DNA from: the human T2T-CHM13v2.0 reference genome, Homo sapiens
Length of the DNA stretch: 64,000 nt
Direction: 5' to 3' (one strand)
Assembly: GCF_009914755.1 (NCBI RefSeq)
Contig: NC_060925.1
Below the pieces are notes generated by a model, which saw nothing but the letters and a program-made list of their open reading frames with translations, made no database searches and had not been told where the DNA came from. This document shows, piece after piece, positions 26,285 to 45,808 of the stretch. A program made the position numbers and the translations under genes. The stretch's first letter is position 1, and each line of letters starts with the position of its first letter.

Positions 26285-27170
26285 GTTTTGTAATAGTTGT
26301 AATTGTTAGAAAATTATTTCTTATATTAAAGTGAAATTGACCTCTTTAGAGTTGTTCTCAAATGAAACTGAGCACCATTCTCCATAAAACGTTTTAAAAA
26401 CTGCAGATTACCAAGCCCCACCTAAGGCCCACTGAATCAGAATCAACAGGGAAGGAGCCCATAAATCTTAAACTTTAAGGTTATGATGATTCTGAGGTAC
26501 AGCCAGGGTTAAGAACACATGATTCTGAGGTGTAGCCAGGGTTAAGAACCTCTATCATAATGTCTTCTTCTCATTCACTGTTTCTAGTTCTGTTCTCTGC
26601 AGTTAACATTCAAAGAAGGTGAATCCTTTTTACGCAATAGTCCTTCAAAGATTTGAAGACAACTCTCATGCTCTAACCTCCTCCTCTCCTGTTGTTACCT
26701 CTCCACAAGCTGAAGATCTCCACTTGCTTCATCGGTTCCTTATAAGATGTGAATTTCTGCACTCACCATCATCATCTTTCATTAAATGGCTTCCATCTTG
26801 TCAATGTTCTGTGGTGCCAATATGCATATAAAATCTAGATGTGGCTTGATTAAAGGAACCGTTGCTTCCCTTGATCTGATTGCTGTACTTCCATTAATGA
26901 GGCTTGTTTCTTGCAGCTATCTAGCTGTTTTCCGAGGCTATTAGCTCATTTAGAGTTTGGGTCTGTTAAGCTCCTCCACCCATTTGTTGCACTCATGTCA
27001 TTGCTCTTTTAATCTCAGTGTAAGACTTTACCTTTATACCTATACATTTTAATTTCAGTTAGGTTTATTTTGACTCTTACATCTATCATCAATATGTTTG
27101 CTTCCCATCAATGTTTGGGGCAAATATGAAAACAAATATCCTAGGGATTAATTTGAGTTGTGGATAGTTG
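26285..27170 (-). mobile_element. L3/CR1 LINE fossil interrupted by MER5
   Basis: AATTGTTAGAAAATTATTTCTTATATT... and CCTTCAAAGATTTGAAGACAACTCTCATG, typical antisense L3 3' blocks. Confidence 0.6.
26349..26553. mobile_element. MER5-type hAT-Charlie DNA transposon with duplicated right end
   Basis: AGTTGTTCTCAAA left end, ACTGAATCAGAATC core, TGATTCTGA..GCCAGGGTTAAGAAC right end present twice (33-bp period). Confidence 0.75.
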
Positions 27171-27231
27171 TCAGTTTCTTTTTCTTGAGCTCTCTTTTTA
27201 GCAGTAAAATCACTTAATATACCTAATGCAA

Positions 27232-27325
27232 GAAAAAGAGAAGGAGGAGAAGAAGAAGAGGAAGAGGAGGAGTAGGAAGAAACAGAGGCAGAAGAAAAAG
27301 AAAAGGAGGAGGAAGTAGTGAGGCA
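27232..27325. repeat. Purine-rich (GAG/GAA) low-complexity tract
   Basis: GAA/GAG runs over ~95 bp. Confidence 0.85.
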
Positions 27326-28049
27326 GAAATGGACCCTGAACATTTTGGAAACCTGAACATTTTGCAGGTAAATTTCCCCCTGCAAGTCTTATGTTTAAAA
27401 AAAGTGATTGCCAGACCTTTGTTTCTCATCAGGCCATCCACACATACGCACTCAAATGTAGAAGATGTAAGAGAGCAAATCTAATGAGAGTTTCATAGGC
27501 AGGCAGTTACATGAATGATAGAAAACTTCTTAAAGTGTCTCAACACAAATTAGAGTGGTGCACACTTTATAATAAGGGCAATGATAATCAGGATGATTTA
27601 GAGGCACTTTAATCGAAGGCTATATTGGAATGTGAATCCCAGAGGTGAGAAGGCAGTTATTAGTTCACTGAACCACCCCGATCCCTAGGCATTCATAGCT
27701 CAACTCACACTGAAGGATTTTAGTGTCTTTGTAAAAGAAATACCCTTTTGAAATGATTTGGCCTGTAAGGAGTGGAAAGGGTCTAGTAAAGATAAGAAGA
27801 GATAAGAAAAAGAATTTGAAGTTGAAATGGAAAAAATGAGTTGGAAGTTGAATGGGAAAGAACTATATTACTTTCAATCTGGGATGGGACAAGGAGAATC
27901 TAGGTGCCTGCACATGATTCATAAATGTTTTCGGTCACAGTTAAGTTTGATTAAAGCACCTAGAAATATATGTTAGCAAAATAGTTAAGCAGTGAACATA
28001 TTTTTAAAAATATAATTTAGGAGGTCTATAAAGCATTCAGAAATCACCT

Positions 28050-28905
28050 GTTTGTATACTGATGAATTCCAGGTTTATATCTTCATGCTTGACTGCTTTA
28101 ATGAGCTCCAAACTTGATTATTAAACTTCTCACTTGACAGTCCCACTTGAAGATCCAAAAGGCAAATCAAATTTACTGTCTTAAACAGAACTCTTGATCC
28201 CTATTCCCACTCCATAGTCCTACTCTTCATTTCTTCTTTATAACCTCTATAAATAGCATTATCCAGTTTTTTTGGAAGTAAAACGTAAAAATTATCTTTG
28301 ATTCATCTTCCCTCTTGGCTTATGTTCAATTAACAGGGTTTATATCCCTTCTCCTTCCTCCCTTCTCCCTCAGCTAAAGTCAACAGTCTCCTTCTCATGA
28401 GCAACTACATACACATCCTAACTAGTTCCCCATCTTCTATACTCACTCCTTCTAGTTCATTTTCCACACATGCCCAGAGTGATCCTTTTAAAATATGTGA
28501 GATCATGCCACTCTCCTCCTTGTTAGCTCCAAGAGCTTTTCTGTGCACTCACAATATAATCTAGGCTCCTCACCATAAGTTGCAAGGTCTCACACCATCT
28601 GTGGTTGGCCACCTCTTCAACCTCTTCTCCTGCTAGCAGTATCCACCTCACTTGCCTGCTAGCCAACTTCCCTGAGCTCCTTGCTGTTCCTCAAACTAAG
28701 TTAGTGTGATCCCATCTCAGGGCCTTTGTACTTGCTGACACAGTTTTCCAGATATCGATGAGGTTTGCTCCCCCACTTCAATGAAGTTTCTATTCAAATA
28801 TCACCTTCTCAAAGATGACATCCTCAAAAAAAATACCCTCCTCCAACAACCCCATTCTCATTTGTCTTTAGTTTCCCTCACAGCATTATCATTATCTGAC
28901 ATTAT
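28050..28905 (+). mobile_element. L2 LINE 3' portion
   Basis: CCAGAGTGATCCTTTTAAAAT...GATCATGCCACTC, CTCAGGGCCTTTGTACTTGCTG, CAAATATCACCTTCTCA. Confidence 0.8.
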
Positions 28906-28907
28906 GT

Positions 28908-28987
28908 TATGACAGATGATTGATAGACAGATGTGATAGAGATAGATTGATATATGTGACAGAGATGATAGATGATAGTAGATAGAT

Positions 28988-29035
<48 letters not shown>
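28908..29035. repeat. GATA tetranucleotide STR; pure (GATA)12 at 28988-29035 with degenerate left part
   Basis: Counted directly. Confidence 0.97.
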
Positions 29036-29400
29036 TATGGTTTGGCTTTGTGCTTCCACATAAATCTCATCTCAAATTGTAATCCCCACATATTGAGGAA
29101 GGGACCTGGTGGGGGCTGATTTGATCATATGGGTGGTTTCCCCCCATGCTGTTCTCATGATAGTGAGTGAGTTCTCACAAGACCTGATGGTTCAAAAGTG
29201 TGCCACTTCCCCCTTTGCTCTCTCTCTCTCTCCTGCCACCATGAAAGACTGCCTTGGTTCCCCTTCTCCTTCCAATATGATTGTAAAAGTCCTGAGGCCT
29301 CCCCAGCCATGTGGAACTGTGAGTCAATTGAACCTCTTGTCTTTATAAATTAGCCATTCTCAGGTAGTTCTTTATAGTAGTGTGAAAATGGACTAATACA
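29033..29400 (+). mobile_element. THE1D-like MaLR solo LTR
   Basis: ATATGGTTTGGCT...CCTGAGGCCTCCCCAGCCATGTGGAACTGTGAGTCAATT...GTGTGAAAATGGACTAATACA. Confidence 0.92.
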
Positions 29401-29799
29401 TATGGATGAATGGACAGGTAGGTAGGTATATAGGTAGGTAGATAACAGATAGATGAGAGAGAGAGGATGTAGGAGAGAGTGAAGCACACTTGCAAGCAAG
29501 TGCATGGGCATCAGGATTCTTTCAAGGTTTCCAGGTGATTCCAGGGATGAGATTCACAGGACTTGAGGGCAGGAGCTAAACACATGAAGCAGACTTTCAA
29601 CTGCTAGAGTGGAATTGGAATCTCTACATTATTGCTGATCATGTTAGTTTTGTGAATCCGAAAGGATATCTCAGAACTCCCTTTATCTCCACTATAATTT
29701 TGATAAGTTATCAAAACAAAGAAGGCCAAGTTCAAAAGTTGTTTCTCTCTTTCCTAAAGTCTCCTTTCTAGAAGAAGAAGAACATGTTTGTAAGAGGAA

Positions 29800-30010
29800 G
29801 AGCTCAGTAGCCAGACAACCAGGTTTTGAATCCTGACTCTACTACCTGGGCAAGTGACACTTCTCTGTGCCTCAGTGTCCTCATCTGTAAAATGAGATAA
29901 CTATTGTAACTTCCCTTGTGGAGTTGCTGGGGGACTAGATGAATGCTATGTAAAGGGTTTAGAGCAGTACCTGACACAAAGCAAGTGCCTTGAAAGTATT
30001 TGCTGTTATC
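29800..30010 (+). mobile_element. MIR SINE
   Basis: TTGAATCCTGACTCTAC...TCTCTGTGCCTCAGTGTCCTCATCTGTAAAATGAGATAA. Confidence 0.85.
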
Positions 30011-31861
30011 TTTGAGGGAATGGCTCTCAAGCAGAAAATACATGTGGAAAATTCCTTTGGCCGGTGATTTTGAAAGTAGCTAGGGGGATTGAGACAGACC
30101 ATTTTCTCTGAGACTCTAACTCCACTCAAGAATAGAGTTGGTTAATGATTACATCCTATAAAATTTTCCATGTCATGTGCCTTTTCCCCACTAGGCAATA
30201 GAAAGTAATTAAGAATTATGGGAAGCGGATTCAGTGAGAGGGAAGGCATGCCTTTCTAGGGACAAGCTCCAAACCCTAACGAGGTTATTGGCACAGGTGT
30301 CTCCTGCAAATGAATTAATGGGGAGGCAGATCCAATCATTAATCTGTCATCCAAACTTGGTGTTTAGAGTCATTTGGGGAGATGGGGCTTCCTTTGCCCA
30401 ACCTTGGTTGTGTCTGGAGCAAAAATTAGGAAGCAGAGTGATTTCATTAGGATAACAAGGCTGTTAAAGAACAATCTGGCTCTTTAGATGGTATTTATAA
30501 AGCATTTCAAAGAAACTGTGTTCTGACAGCTGCTGTCAGTCTCTCACATAGGAGCTCTGGTAATTTATTGATACAGCAGGGGAGCTGTTATTATCCTTAT
30601 TTGTAAAAGTTTTACGCGGACTAAGAGTCTATCTTGACTAGTTGCAAACTTCCCAAAGACAAATTCACGTAATTGAATGTTTCAATTGCCCCAACATGAG
30701 GTTTCGATTTAACAGAATATGATAAATTCTCAATTACATGGTGTCATATGTAGTTTTATAAACTGCTTCAAGTTATTTTTAATCAAATATGGTAGATAAA
30801 ATTACATTTTCAACTATCTGTTTGTGGATTACCCACCACTCTTTTTGGCTGGTTTCCTCTAGCTTGAGCTATGGAGCAATGTAATGCAATGTGAATCATC
30901 AGAAAATACAGAAGAGTAATTTTTTAGACAGACCAATATATAATTATTCAGAAATCAGTGCTCCACAGAAAATGTAACAGTGCCAAAACCAAATATGAGT
31001 GATTTTTAATTAATGTAATCTCTGTCCATGCCATTATACTTTCATGGTTTAGCTAATTGAGAATTGACTATACGTTAAGTCATGGAGTAATTTCTTTTCA
31101 CTCTTGAGTAGTGTACAGAATGTAGACTAGACAATTGGGTTGCCATTAGCAGTTAGCAGAGGGCAGGTGGAGCCTTTGTGTCATTTTTAGAACTAGGCAT
31201 ATCTCTCACTACTGTGCGTTTAAAAGAATGGGACTTTCTGAAACATTTTTATGAGCTCATACACCAGTAGGGTCACAGGGTCATTGACTTTTCCTGGGCT
31301 GTAAGGGATCTCAGAAACCATCTAGCCCAATTTCATTTATTTCACCATTAGGTTAACTGGAGACCAGGGAGATAAAATGCCACATAATTACTGATGAGGC
31401 CAGACAAGAAAAATTAGAAAGTGCTAAGTCTTCAATGTTTATGTACAACTAGTTATGCTATTACCACTAGTTTCTAGGGTAGTCAGGGCATTGTCAGCGA
31501 GAAAAAAAAATGTTGTCAGGAGCAGGAAAGAAACATTGCTAATGAAACAAAGAAATACTGGCATGGGTGGTATGAGGGCATTTTTTAAAATAATAGAAGC
31601 ATATTTCTTTTGGAAAGGGAATTCTAGGATCAACTAGTAATTGCTGGAATATCAGGGTGGGGCCCTACATGACTTTTTCTTCATGAACTAAGTAAAACGA
31701 GCCAAACATTGTTCACAGCCTAGAACACTAGGCAGCTCAAAGGGGAGATACTTGAAGCTTGACAGAGATAAATTTTGGACAAATGAAGCAAATACTAATT
31801 TATCTTGTGGGTAATACATTTTTCATTACATCAAGAAATAGATGGAAGATTGAATAGGCTC

Positions 31862-35170
<3,309 letters not shown>

Positions 35171-35689
35171 AGTTCAAACCTAGCTTCAATAAATTAACGT
35201 GTGCTCAGGCCATGTAGGCTAGTATTCAAAACTAAAATGTTTGGGAAAACAGACTTTTCAGCTTTTTATCAGGGAGATGATTCCTCTCTCTTATAAATAT
35301 CCCTTATTGCCACAGTCAAAGTCAGTTGGATCATCGGTTGGGCCATACACTGCTGTTCCTATTTTTTTTAACTGAACTTCACACTTCCCAATAGTGACCA
35401 TTATTAAATGTGTAAAGTGGAAATTCTACTTTTATTTACTCAGGAATTGATACATACATCACCTTTCAAACCTCTTCCGATCTCCAACTTTTTCACCACT
35501 TCACCAGACATTATCATTTTTGTATACCTTTAAAAATTAAAAGTAGCTGCACAACTGAGGTCAATTTTCCTCATTGCCACCAATGATATATCCTCAACTT
35601 CTCCCTCAAATTAACAAAACCTTTATTTTCAGTCGGATACATTGACATATTCCCTTAAAACTGTTTTTCAGCTTCCCAAGGGAGGAATT

Positions 35690-36280
<591 letters not shown>

Positions 36281-36714
36281 ATATTTAATTTTGCTTCTTC
36301 TTAGTGAAATTTAGAAACAGAATGATTTGAGAAAAAGCCTAACACACCAGCTAAAATACAATATCAAAGTTTACTGCAGATCCGGTTATGCACACAATTC
36401 CTGTCCCCTATTATCTTAGTGGAGAGCTGGCTATGTTTTCTTTTTTCAGCCATGACTGCTTTCAGTCCTAGAGAACACCTCATCCTTTAATGCTAATCTT
36501 GTGATTCTAATGGCAAGCAATTTGGGCGAGGAAATTGGCAGAGAATTTGAAATTTAAAGTAGAAGTTCCTGTTGCTCCTCTGCCAAACAGTAAGACCCCA
36601 AAAGTGCTTTTTTGAAACATGAAGAATCTATGCTATCAGAAGTATATTTATCCTATATAATTTATGGCAAACGTATTTAAAAATGTGGCCACACGTTGCT
36701 ATCAATGTTTGATG

Positions 36715-36955
36715 TGCAACAGAAGGAGCTTTTTATGTAGAATCAGAAAAATAAGTTCCAATCTTAGCTCTGCAAAGTACTATCTATATAACCTTGGGCA
36801 AATCATTTAATCTCCTTAAGCTTATCCCCTGAATCTAAAAAATGGCAATGATAGTAATAATTTATAGGGTTGATATAAGTATTAAATAATAGAGATGAAA
36901 CTATTTAGCCCAATGCTTTCCACATAGCACTTGCTTTATAAATACTAGTTAATAC
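36715..36955 (+). mobile_element. MIR SINE
   Basis: AATCTTAGCTCTGC...ACCTTGGGCAAATCATTTAATCTC. Confidence 0.75.
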
Positions 36956-37981
36956 AATTTAATTAATGTTGCATTCCTGACAGTCTGAAAAAGGCATGAT
37001 TTAGAACTCCAGTCCAATTTTTAAATGCACATGGTATCTTTGTCCATAAGTCTGTAGAGGCAATGGGGCCGACCACCATTCTTCTTGAAAAATCATCTTA
37101 AGAAAAAAATCAATGATCATAAGCTGCCCAAGGATACATTGCAGCTTAATCTCTTAACACTTCAGTGTGTGAAACCATCCAACACCAACAACATTCTCAT
37201 TTTTAGATAAGCTGCAGAACAAAATACATTTTATCAAAAGTTTGGTTGAGATTTTTCTGTAACAAAATATCTCCAAGAAAAGTCGGTGTTTACAAAAGAA
37301 ATACAGAGGGAAAACAGAAATTGCCCTCTACATCCACTCACTTCCACCCCTTCTGGTGTTTTGCGGGTCTGGCCTTTGGAAAGATTTACGACATCGGGAA
37401 GAGCAACATTACACAATGAAGAATTGGATATTATGTGTTCAGTAAGGATCAGAAGAATGGGATTCAGAATAACTGTAGTCTAGGGTAGACAGGGGGCAGA
37501 GTACGGGGTGGATAGAACATGTGTTTCTGTCTCATCTGCAGTAGTGTTCAATTCATGGTGTTCAGCTGAGAGATATGCACCAGGGAGGGAGAGGTGAAAA
37601 CAAAAGTGAAATTAAGGTTAATGTCCCACCCAAAGCACCTTTGTCATCCACAGGCACCAACCCCTTATACATAATCCAGCTGATCTTGTCAGAGTCTTCC
37701 ACAGTCCTAGCCTGGTGCCATAGCACATGTCCCTGACTGTGAGTGAAGGATTTAGGTAAAGAAATTTAAAATTCCCCCTAATGAGGAGTGAAATATCTTT
37801 ACAGGTTTGACCCTTAAGCGTAGGCAATAATAACTAGCAAACTGATTTTTGTAACTCAAGAAAAGTTCCTTTGCTTAAAGAAAATGCTAACATTTCTGTC
37901 TGCTAAATTTCCACAACTGGGTGGGGTCGGAAAAGAAAGAAAACCAAGTAAGTATATCAATTATACATTATACTACATTAT

Positions 37982-38036
37982 ACACACACACACACACACA
38001 CACACATAAATATATATATATAATATATATATTTAT
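37982..38036. repeat. Compound (AC)n(AT)n microsatellite
   Basis: Read directly. Confidence 0.95.
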
Positions 38037-38518
38037 CATGTATCATACATAAGAGATGAATTGGCATTTTATTAATATATGAATATTAGGTATCTTTACA
38101 CAAATTATCTATTTTGATCTTAATCAGAGACATTAAGAAGCATGACTAAAATCACAGAGCCACTGAGTGTTAAAGCCATTAGTTGAACAAAGCCAGCTAT
38201 GTCAGACCCTGAAGGTTTAATTTAAAAACTTGTGCGTTGGTCCTGGGAGTAAGGCTTAGCTGCTGGAATGTGTTTACCTTAGCCTTTCCTGAGACAGCAG
38301 AATTCGTTTTCTGGCACACCTGAGGGTCAGTCCTGTGCCCTGACCTGGAGTGGCAGTTCTATGCAGTGATTAAAAGCATCAGAGTGACCTGATCTGATTC
38401 AAATCCCTGTTCTAGAAGATTAGCTGTATGTTCTCACACAAGTAACTCCGTAAATGTTAGTTGCCTTTTCTCTAAAGCACATAAAGAATGTGAAACACAC
38501 TTCCTCCATTTGTCCTAG

Positions 38519-39109
38519 TCTAGTAGGAAGTTCTCAGATGGCCTCGAATGAGTCCTGCCTCCTGGTATTCAACGTTGGGGCAACTCCACCCCCGTGAGTG
38601 TGAGCTGGACCTAGTGATTCACTTCTAGCCAAAGCTATATGGGATGCCACTTCTGAGATTAATTTCCAAAAGCTGTGGCTTCCATCTCAGGTGTTCTTTC
38701 TCACTCTCTTGCATTATCTCTGGAAGAAGTTCACTTATTCTAAGGGAAGCTAGCTGCCACCTTGTGAGCTGCCCTGTGGAGAGGCCCATGTGGTAAGGGG
38801 TTGATGTATACAGCGAACAGTTAGTAAGGATCTGAGGCCTGCCAACATCCACGTGAGTGAGCTTGGAAGCAGATCCTTTCCCAGTTGAGTCTTGAGAAGA
38901 CTGCAGCCCAGCTGTTACCTTCAGTATAGCCTTGTGAAAGACCTGACCCGATCCCTTGATTGCAGCTTTCTGGAAAATCCTGGGCCAGAGGTATCTAGTA
39001 AGCAGTGCCATGATTCCTGACCACAGAAACTCATTGCTAAGAAAAGTTTGTTGTTTAAAGCTGCTACATTTGGAGGTAACTAGTTACACAGCAAAAAATA
39101 ACTAACACA
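38519..39109 (+). mobile_element. MLT1 (F-like) solo LTR
   Basis: CCTGCCTCCTGGTATTCA, GCCCTGTGGAGAGGCCCATGTGG, GAGTGAGCTTGGAAGCAGATCC, 3' GTTACACAGCAAAAAATAACTAACACA. Confidence 0.85.
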
Positions 39110-40719
39110 CATGGGAATAAAAACAATATGGCATATAAAACATCTAGGACAATGTAGACCCCGGTGCACATCGAAATAGTCTGATAGTTTTCATTACTTT
39201 GAAACTTATTTTATAGAGGAAATAATGGAAGAGGAAGGCATGGATGCTGAAAGACAACCTTTATCTCCATCAAAATATTTCCTATAGCTTACTGTGACAT
39301 TAGGCAGTCATATCTTTTCTTTTGACAGCTCACTACCCTATGGCCCCATAATTGGGGAAAGGAAAATTGACTCAACAATAATTATAATAATAAATGGCAA
39401 AATTCACTTGAGCTTTTGCCTATCAGTCAGATGTCACATTTGTCACTGGGCTTCCAGACATTGATGTGACGAGTGTCTTAGATCAATGGACAGATGACAA
39501 GAATATGAATGATCATAACAACAAATGTCAACTTTATTCCTTTAAATGCACTCAGTGTTCTGTAGATAACCCGAAAGGTCACATCGATAGTTGCCACCTG
39601 CTATGTCTCTCGTTCCAAACACTATCAGACAACATGGTGCTTCTGGAGCAGGGAAAGAAGTCAAATGCAGCAGCAGCCTGACATTTGATAATAGATCAGG
39701 GCACATCATTGTCCTGTTAAGTAAAGGCAATTCTCTGCCTTTGAAAGATGAACCCGTGCAGTCTCCCTGCTTCCCTCAGTCAGAGGGGCAACCATGTGCC
39801 TCCAGACAGGTGAGTTGCTTTTCTCTTTCAATTACAGGTATGAGTTCACTAGATATATTTTTCCTGAACGCAAAGCACCTATGATATTTTATTGTAGTAA
39901 TTTCTCAGCAATGCAACTTCCCTGTAACTACTACCAAAGGCAAGCATCTAAGCTCATAATTTCCATACTATGTAATGGAGAAAAGTCTGAATTCGTGAAA
40001 AATCTAAATGTATTGTACACTTTAAAAGAAATGCAGTTTAGTGCTTTTTAATACATATAGTAACTTCAACTAATTGCCAAAATAAGCTTTGCTTCCTCTG
40101 GCTTTAATGAACAGATTAGCAGCTCTAGCATTAGAAACACCATTTGCATAAAATTAATTTGCTAAAGCCCTTAAAAATAGTGTTCATAATGGCTTAAACA
40201 TGCTCACTGCCTATTTATACTATTAATTTGCTAAGTAAACCTTTCTTTTTAAGTAGGACAAAAGTGAATCATCAGTCCAGCTAAAGTTGAAGTATCACAA
40301 AAACCTAAAATAAGTGAAGTCTAAGTTATTATGTTTTTCCCATACAAAGTTGGTAAAAATACACGCATAAAGTTAAGTCCAAATAAACTGATAGTGCAGA
40401 TATTTTGTTAATCATTGAGGTAACAAGGAAAAGTAGATCTTTTTCAACCTGATTTGGCTCTCCTTTAGTTGAAAATGCCATTTTTTCTAGAACCACTTCT
40501 AATTAAAAATAAAATTCCACTTAAGCTGATTCATACTTAGTGGATAGTATCGGCAAGACGCCTATAGAACTGTGTTGGAAATTTTATTGAATGATGAAGT
40601 TTAAAGTAGAGGATTCCAAATATAAACTCGATCATATATTTTCTTCAATTAGCATGGAAATTCTTTGCCTATCCTCTTAAAAACTATGACTATATGGAGT
40701 AATTTGGCATTTAAATGCT

Positions 40720-43250
<2,531 letters not shown>

Positions 43251-43519
43251 AGTTAAAATTATAGTATTAATTATTTGTCTGCAATAACAATGTATGTCTA
43301 AAATTCATCTGGCAAAATTAAATTTCTTTAGTTAGTAACTATGGAGTTTTCAGCCAACCTGGTAGTAACTCTAACTTTTTGCCTGTACAAAATCAACATT
43401 TAACTCATCAGATGCAGCTCTCCAAAGAGCCCCAGAAACTGAAAACCTCCTTAGTTATTCATTATCTAATATCTAGGTCTGTCTATTTCTTCTTTAAGGA
43501 AGAGATTAATGCTATATCA

Positions 43520-43920
43520 TTCTGGCTTTAATTGTAAAACATAATTACAATTATATTGGGATATGAATACAGTCTTGCAGCCTGCTTTTAAATCTAAGTT
43601 TAAATCATAAGCACTTTCTTGTATCATTAAATTTACTTGATAATATCTGTTTACTGTTTGCCTGTTAATATCTTTTTGTGAACATATTATTGTGATTTTA
43701 CACACCCTCCTAATATTGGACATTTAGGAGGCTATTTCTGTTTTTTTCTTTTAAGTTATAAATAACACTGAAATGAACATCTTTATCAACATCACATGAC
43801 CTTTTTACGTTGGCCTCCTAGAAGTCAAATAGCCAGTAAACGGCAATTAGTGTTTTTACATATGTCACATTCTATTCCAGAAGGAAGGCATTGATATACA
43901 CTCCCATTAACAGCCACTGC
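43520..43920 (-). mobile_element. L1ME-like 3' fragment
   Basis: TTGGACATTTAGG...TATAAATAACACTGAAATGAACATCTTT...ATACACTCCCA. Confidence 0.6.
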
Positions 43921-45306
43921 ATGATTGCACATCTGTAAAATGCAACTGGTAACCAACTTAATTATGTAGACTAGTCACACCTGAAACTATCTATGCAAAT
44001 GACCTAATTCCTTGGAGATCATCCCCAGGTGTATGGATTTACAACTGGAACCTCTTATGAAACTGTTCTTTAGTTTAAAAAAGTCAGTTTATATTGCCAT
44101 TGTATGAAGGGTGTTTTAGAAAAATACGAACAATACAAGCTTCCTCCACAGAGGTATTTATCATTATAGACTATCTTGGCTAAACCTCCTGGCTGAGGTT
44201 TAAAGGCCCCAGTTGGTCATTTTCATATACCTGTAGGATTCTCTGACTGCTTGAGTATTGATTTATCCATTTTGGAATTCCTTCTCATTGATTTATTGGG
44301 CCTATATATCTTCTGGTGGCCAGCTTTTGTCTATAAGAGGTGACTGAGAGAACTGTTTCACTATCATGTATTTTATAGCTCACTGACATTCATTTACTGA
44401 CTCTCTTATTTGCCCAATGTTAGTATTAGGGCTAATGGGTGTTACAAGTCTGGCCTTGGTCATTGTGCATTTTTGGCTCTGCCAAATACAGCGTGTAAAT
44501 GGTAAATTTGCATAAATTATCAGACTTGTACACCTGAAGAGAGAACATTTTGAGCAATATGGGTTTCGTGTCATTTGAAATAGAGAACAGAAATAGAAAC
44601 AAGTTCGTACAAGGAGAGAGGAAATGCATTCCTCGAACACTTCAAGTTGTTTTTGCTAAGAGCATGGGAAATTTGGGGTAGGGGAAAGGAGGAGAGGAAG
44701 AGGTTAAGATAGAGATCACATTAATTGGTGTGTCAGAGATTTGCCGGCAGATCTAATCAGTCACAGGACTCTAATCCTGCTCAGCTCAGGTACAGAAACC
44801 AGAGAAGTTGTTTGAAAAACCCAACAGGAAGCCTAAAGGGTCTTTATTTACATATACTGCCAACGCAGCCAGTACCTTCACTGCGGTTAGGGACTCTCTC
44901 TAAATTGCTTACCAGCATGAACCAGTGGAGTCCAAGGGGTTTGAATTTAAATTCAGCATTTAGAAATTCTGTGTGACCTTTGGCAACTAATTCATCCTCC
45001 GTGTTCCTCAATTTCCAAAGTTCTTAAATGAGAAAAAGAATAACCATCCTGAGACACTGGGTAAAGCCCCAGTTACGGGCCGAGTTGTGCTTCCCCAAAA
45101 TTCGTATGTGGAAGTTCTAACCCCCGGTTCCTCAGAAGGTGCCTGAATTTGGAGAAAGTCTATAAAGAGGTAAATAGGGTTAAACGAGGTCATTAGGGTA
45201 GCCTCTAATCCTATATGACTAATGTTCTTATGAAATGAGGAGATTATGACACAGACAAGCACAGAGGGAAAACCATGTGAGGGTGCAGGGAGGAGATGAC
45301 CTCCTG

Positions 45307-45410
45307 TTAAGCTGGTGCAAAAGTAATTGAGGGCTTTACCATTACTTTTAATGTAGTAATTTGCCATTACTTTTAATGCAAGAACCGCAATTACTTTTGC
45401 ACCAATCTAA
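45307..45410. mobile_element. MADE1 (Hsmar1-derived MITE) with internal duplication, 104 bp
   Basis: TIRs TTAAGCTGGTGCAAAAGTAATTG / CAATTACTTTTGCACCAATCTAA; flanked by TG and TA (TA target site). Confidence 0.93.
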
Positions 45411-45508
45411 TACAAGCCAAGAAGAGAAGCCTCAGAAGAAACCAATGCTGCCAATACCTTGATCTCAGACATGTAGCCTCTAAAATTCTCAACAAAAATA
45501 TTTCTGTT

Positions 45509-45808
<300 letters not shown>

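Noticed and set aside
27232-27375. Purine tract as an acidic/basic coding exon ending at CAGGTAAAT
   Set aside because: Low-complexity sequence with in-frame stops and no convincing acceptor; the nearby CCTGAACATTTTG repeat is simple slippage.
28988-29035. Identity with a named forensic or linkage STR
   Set aside because: Flanks match no marker I can recall with confidence; a database search is needed.
29487-29502. Short inverted repeat CACTTGC-AA-GCAAGTG (also the AT palindrome at 38006-38036)
   Set aside because: Stems this short or low-complexity are expected by chance in 64 kb.
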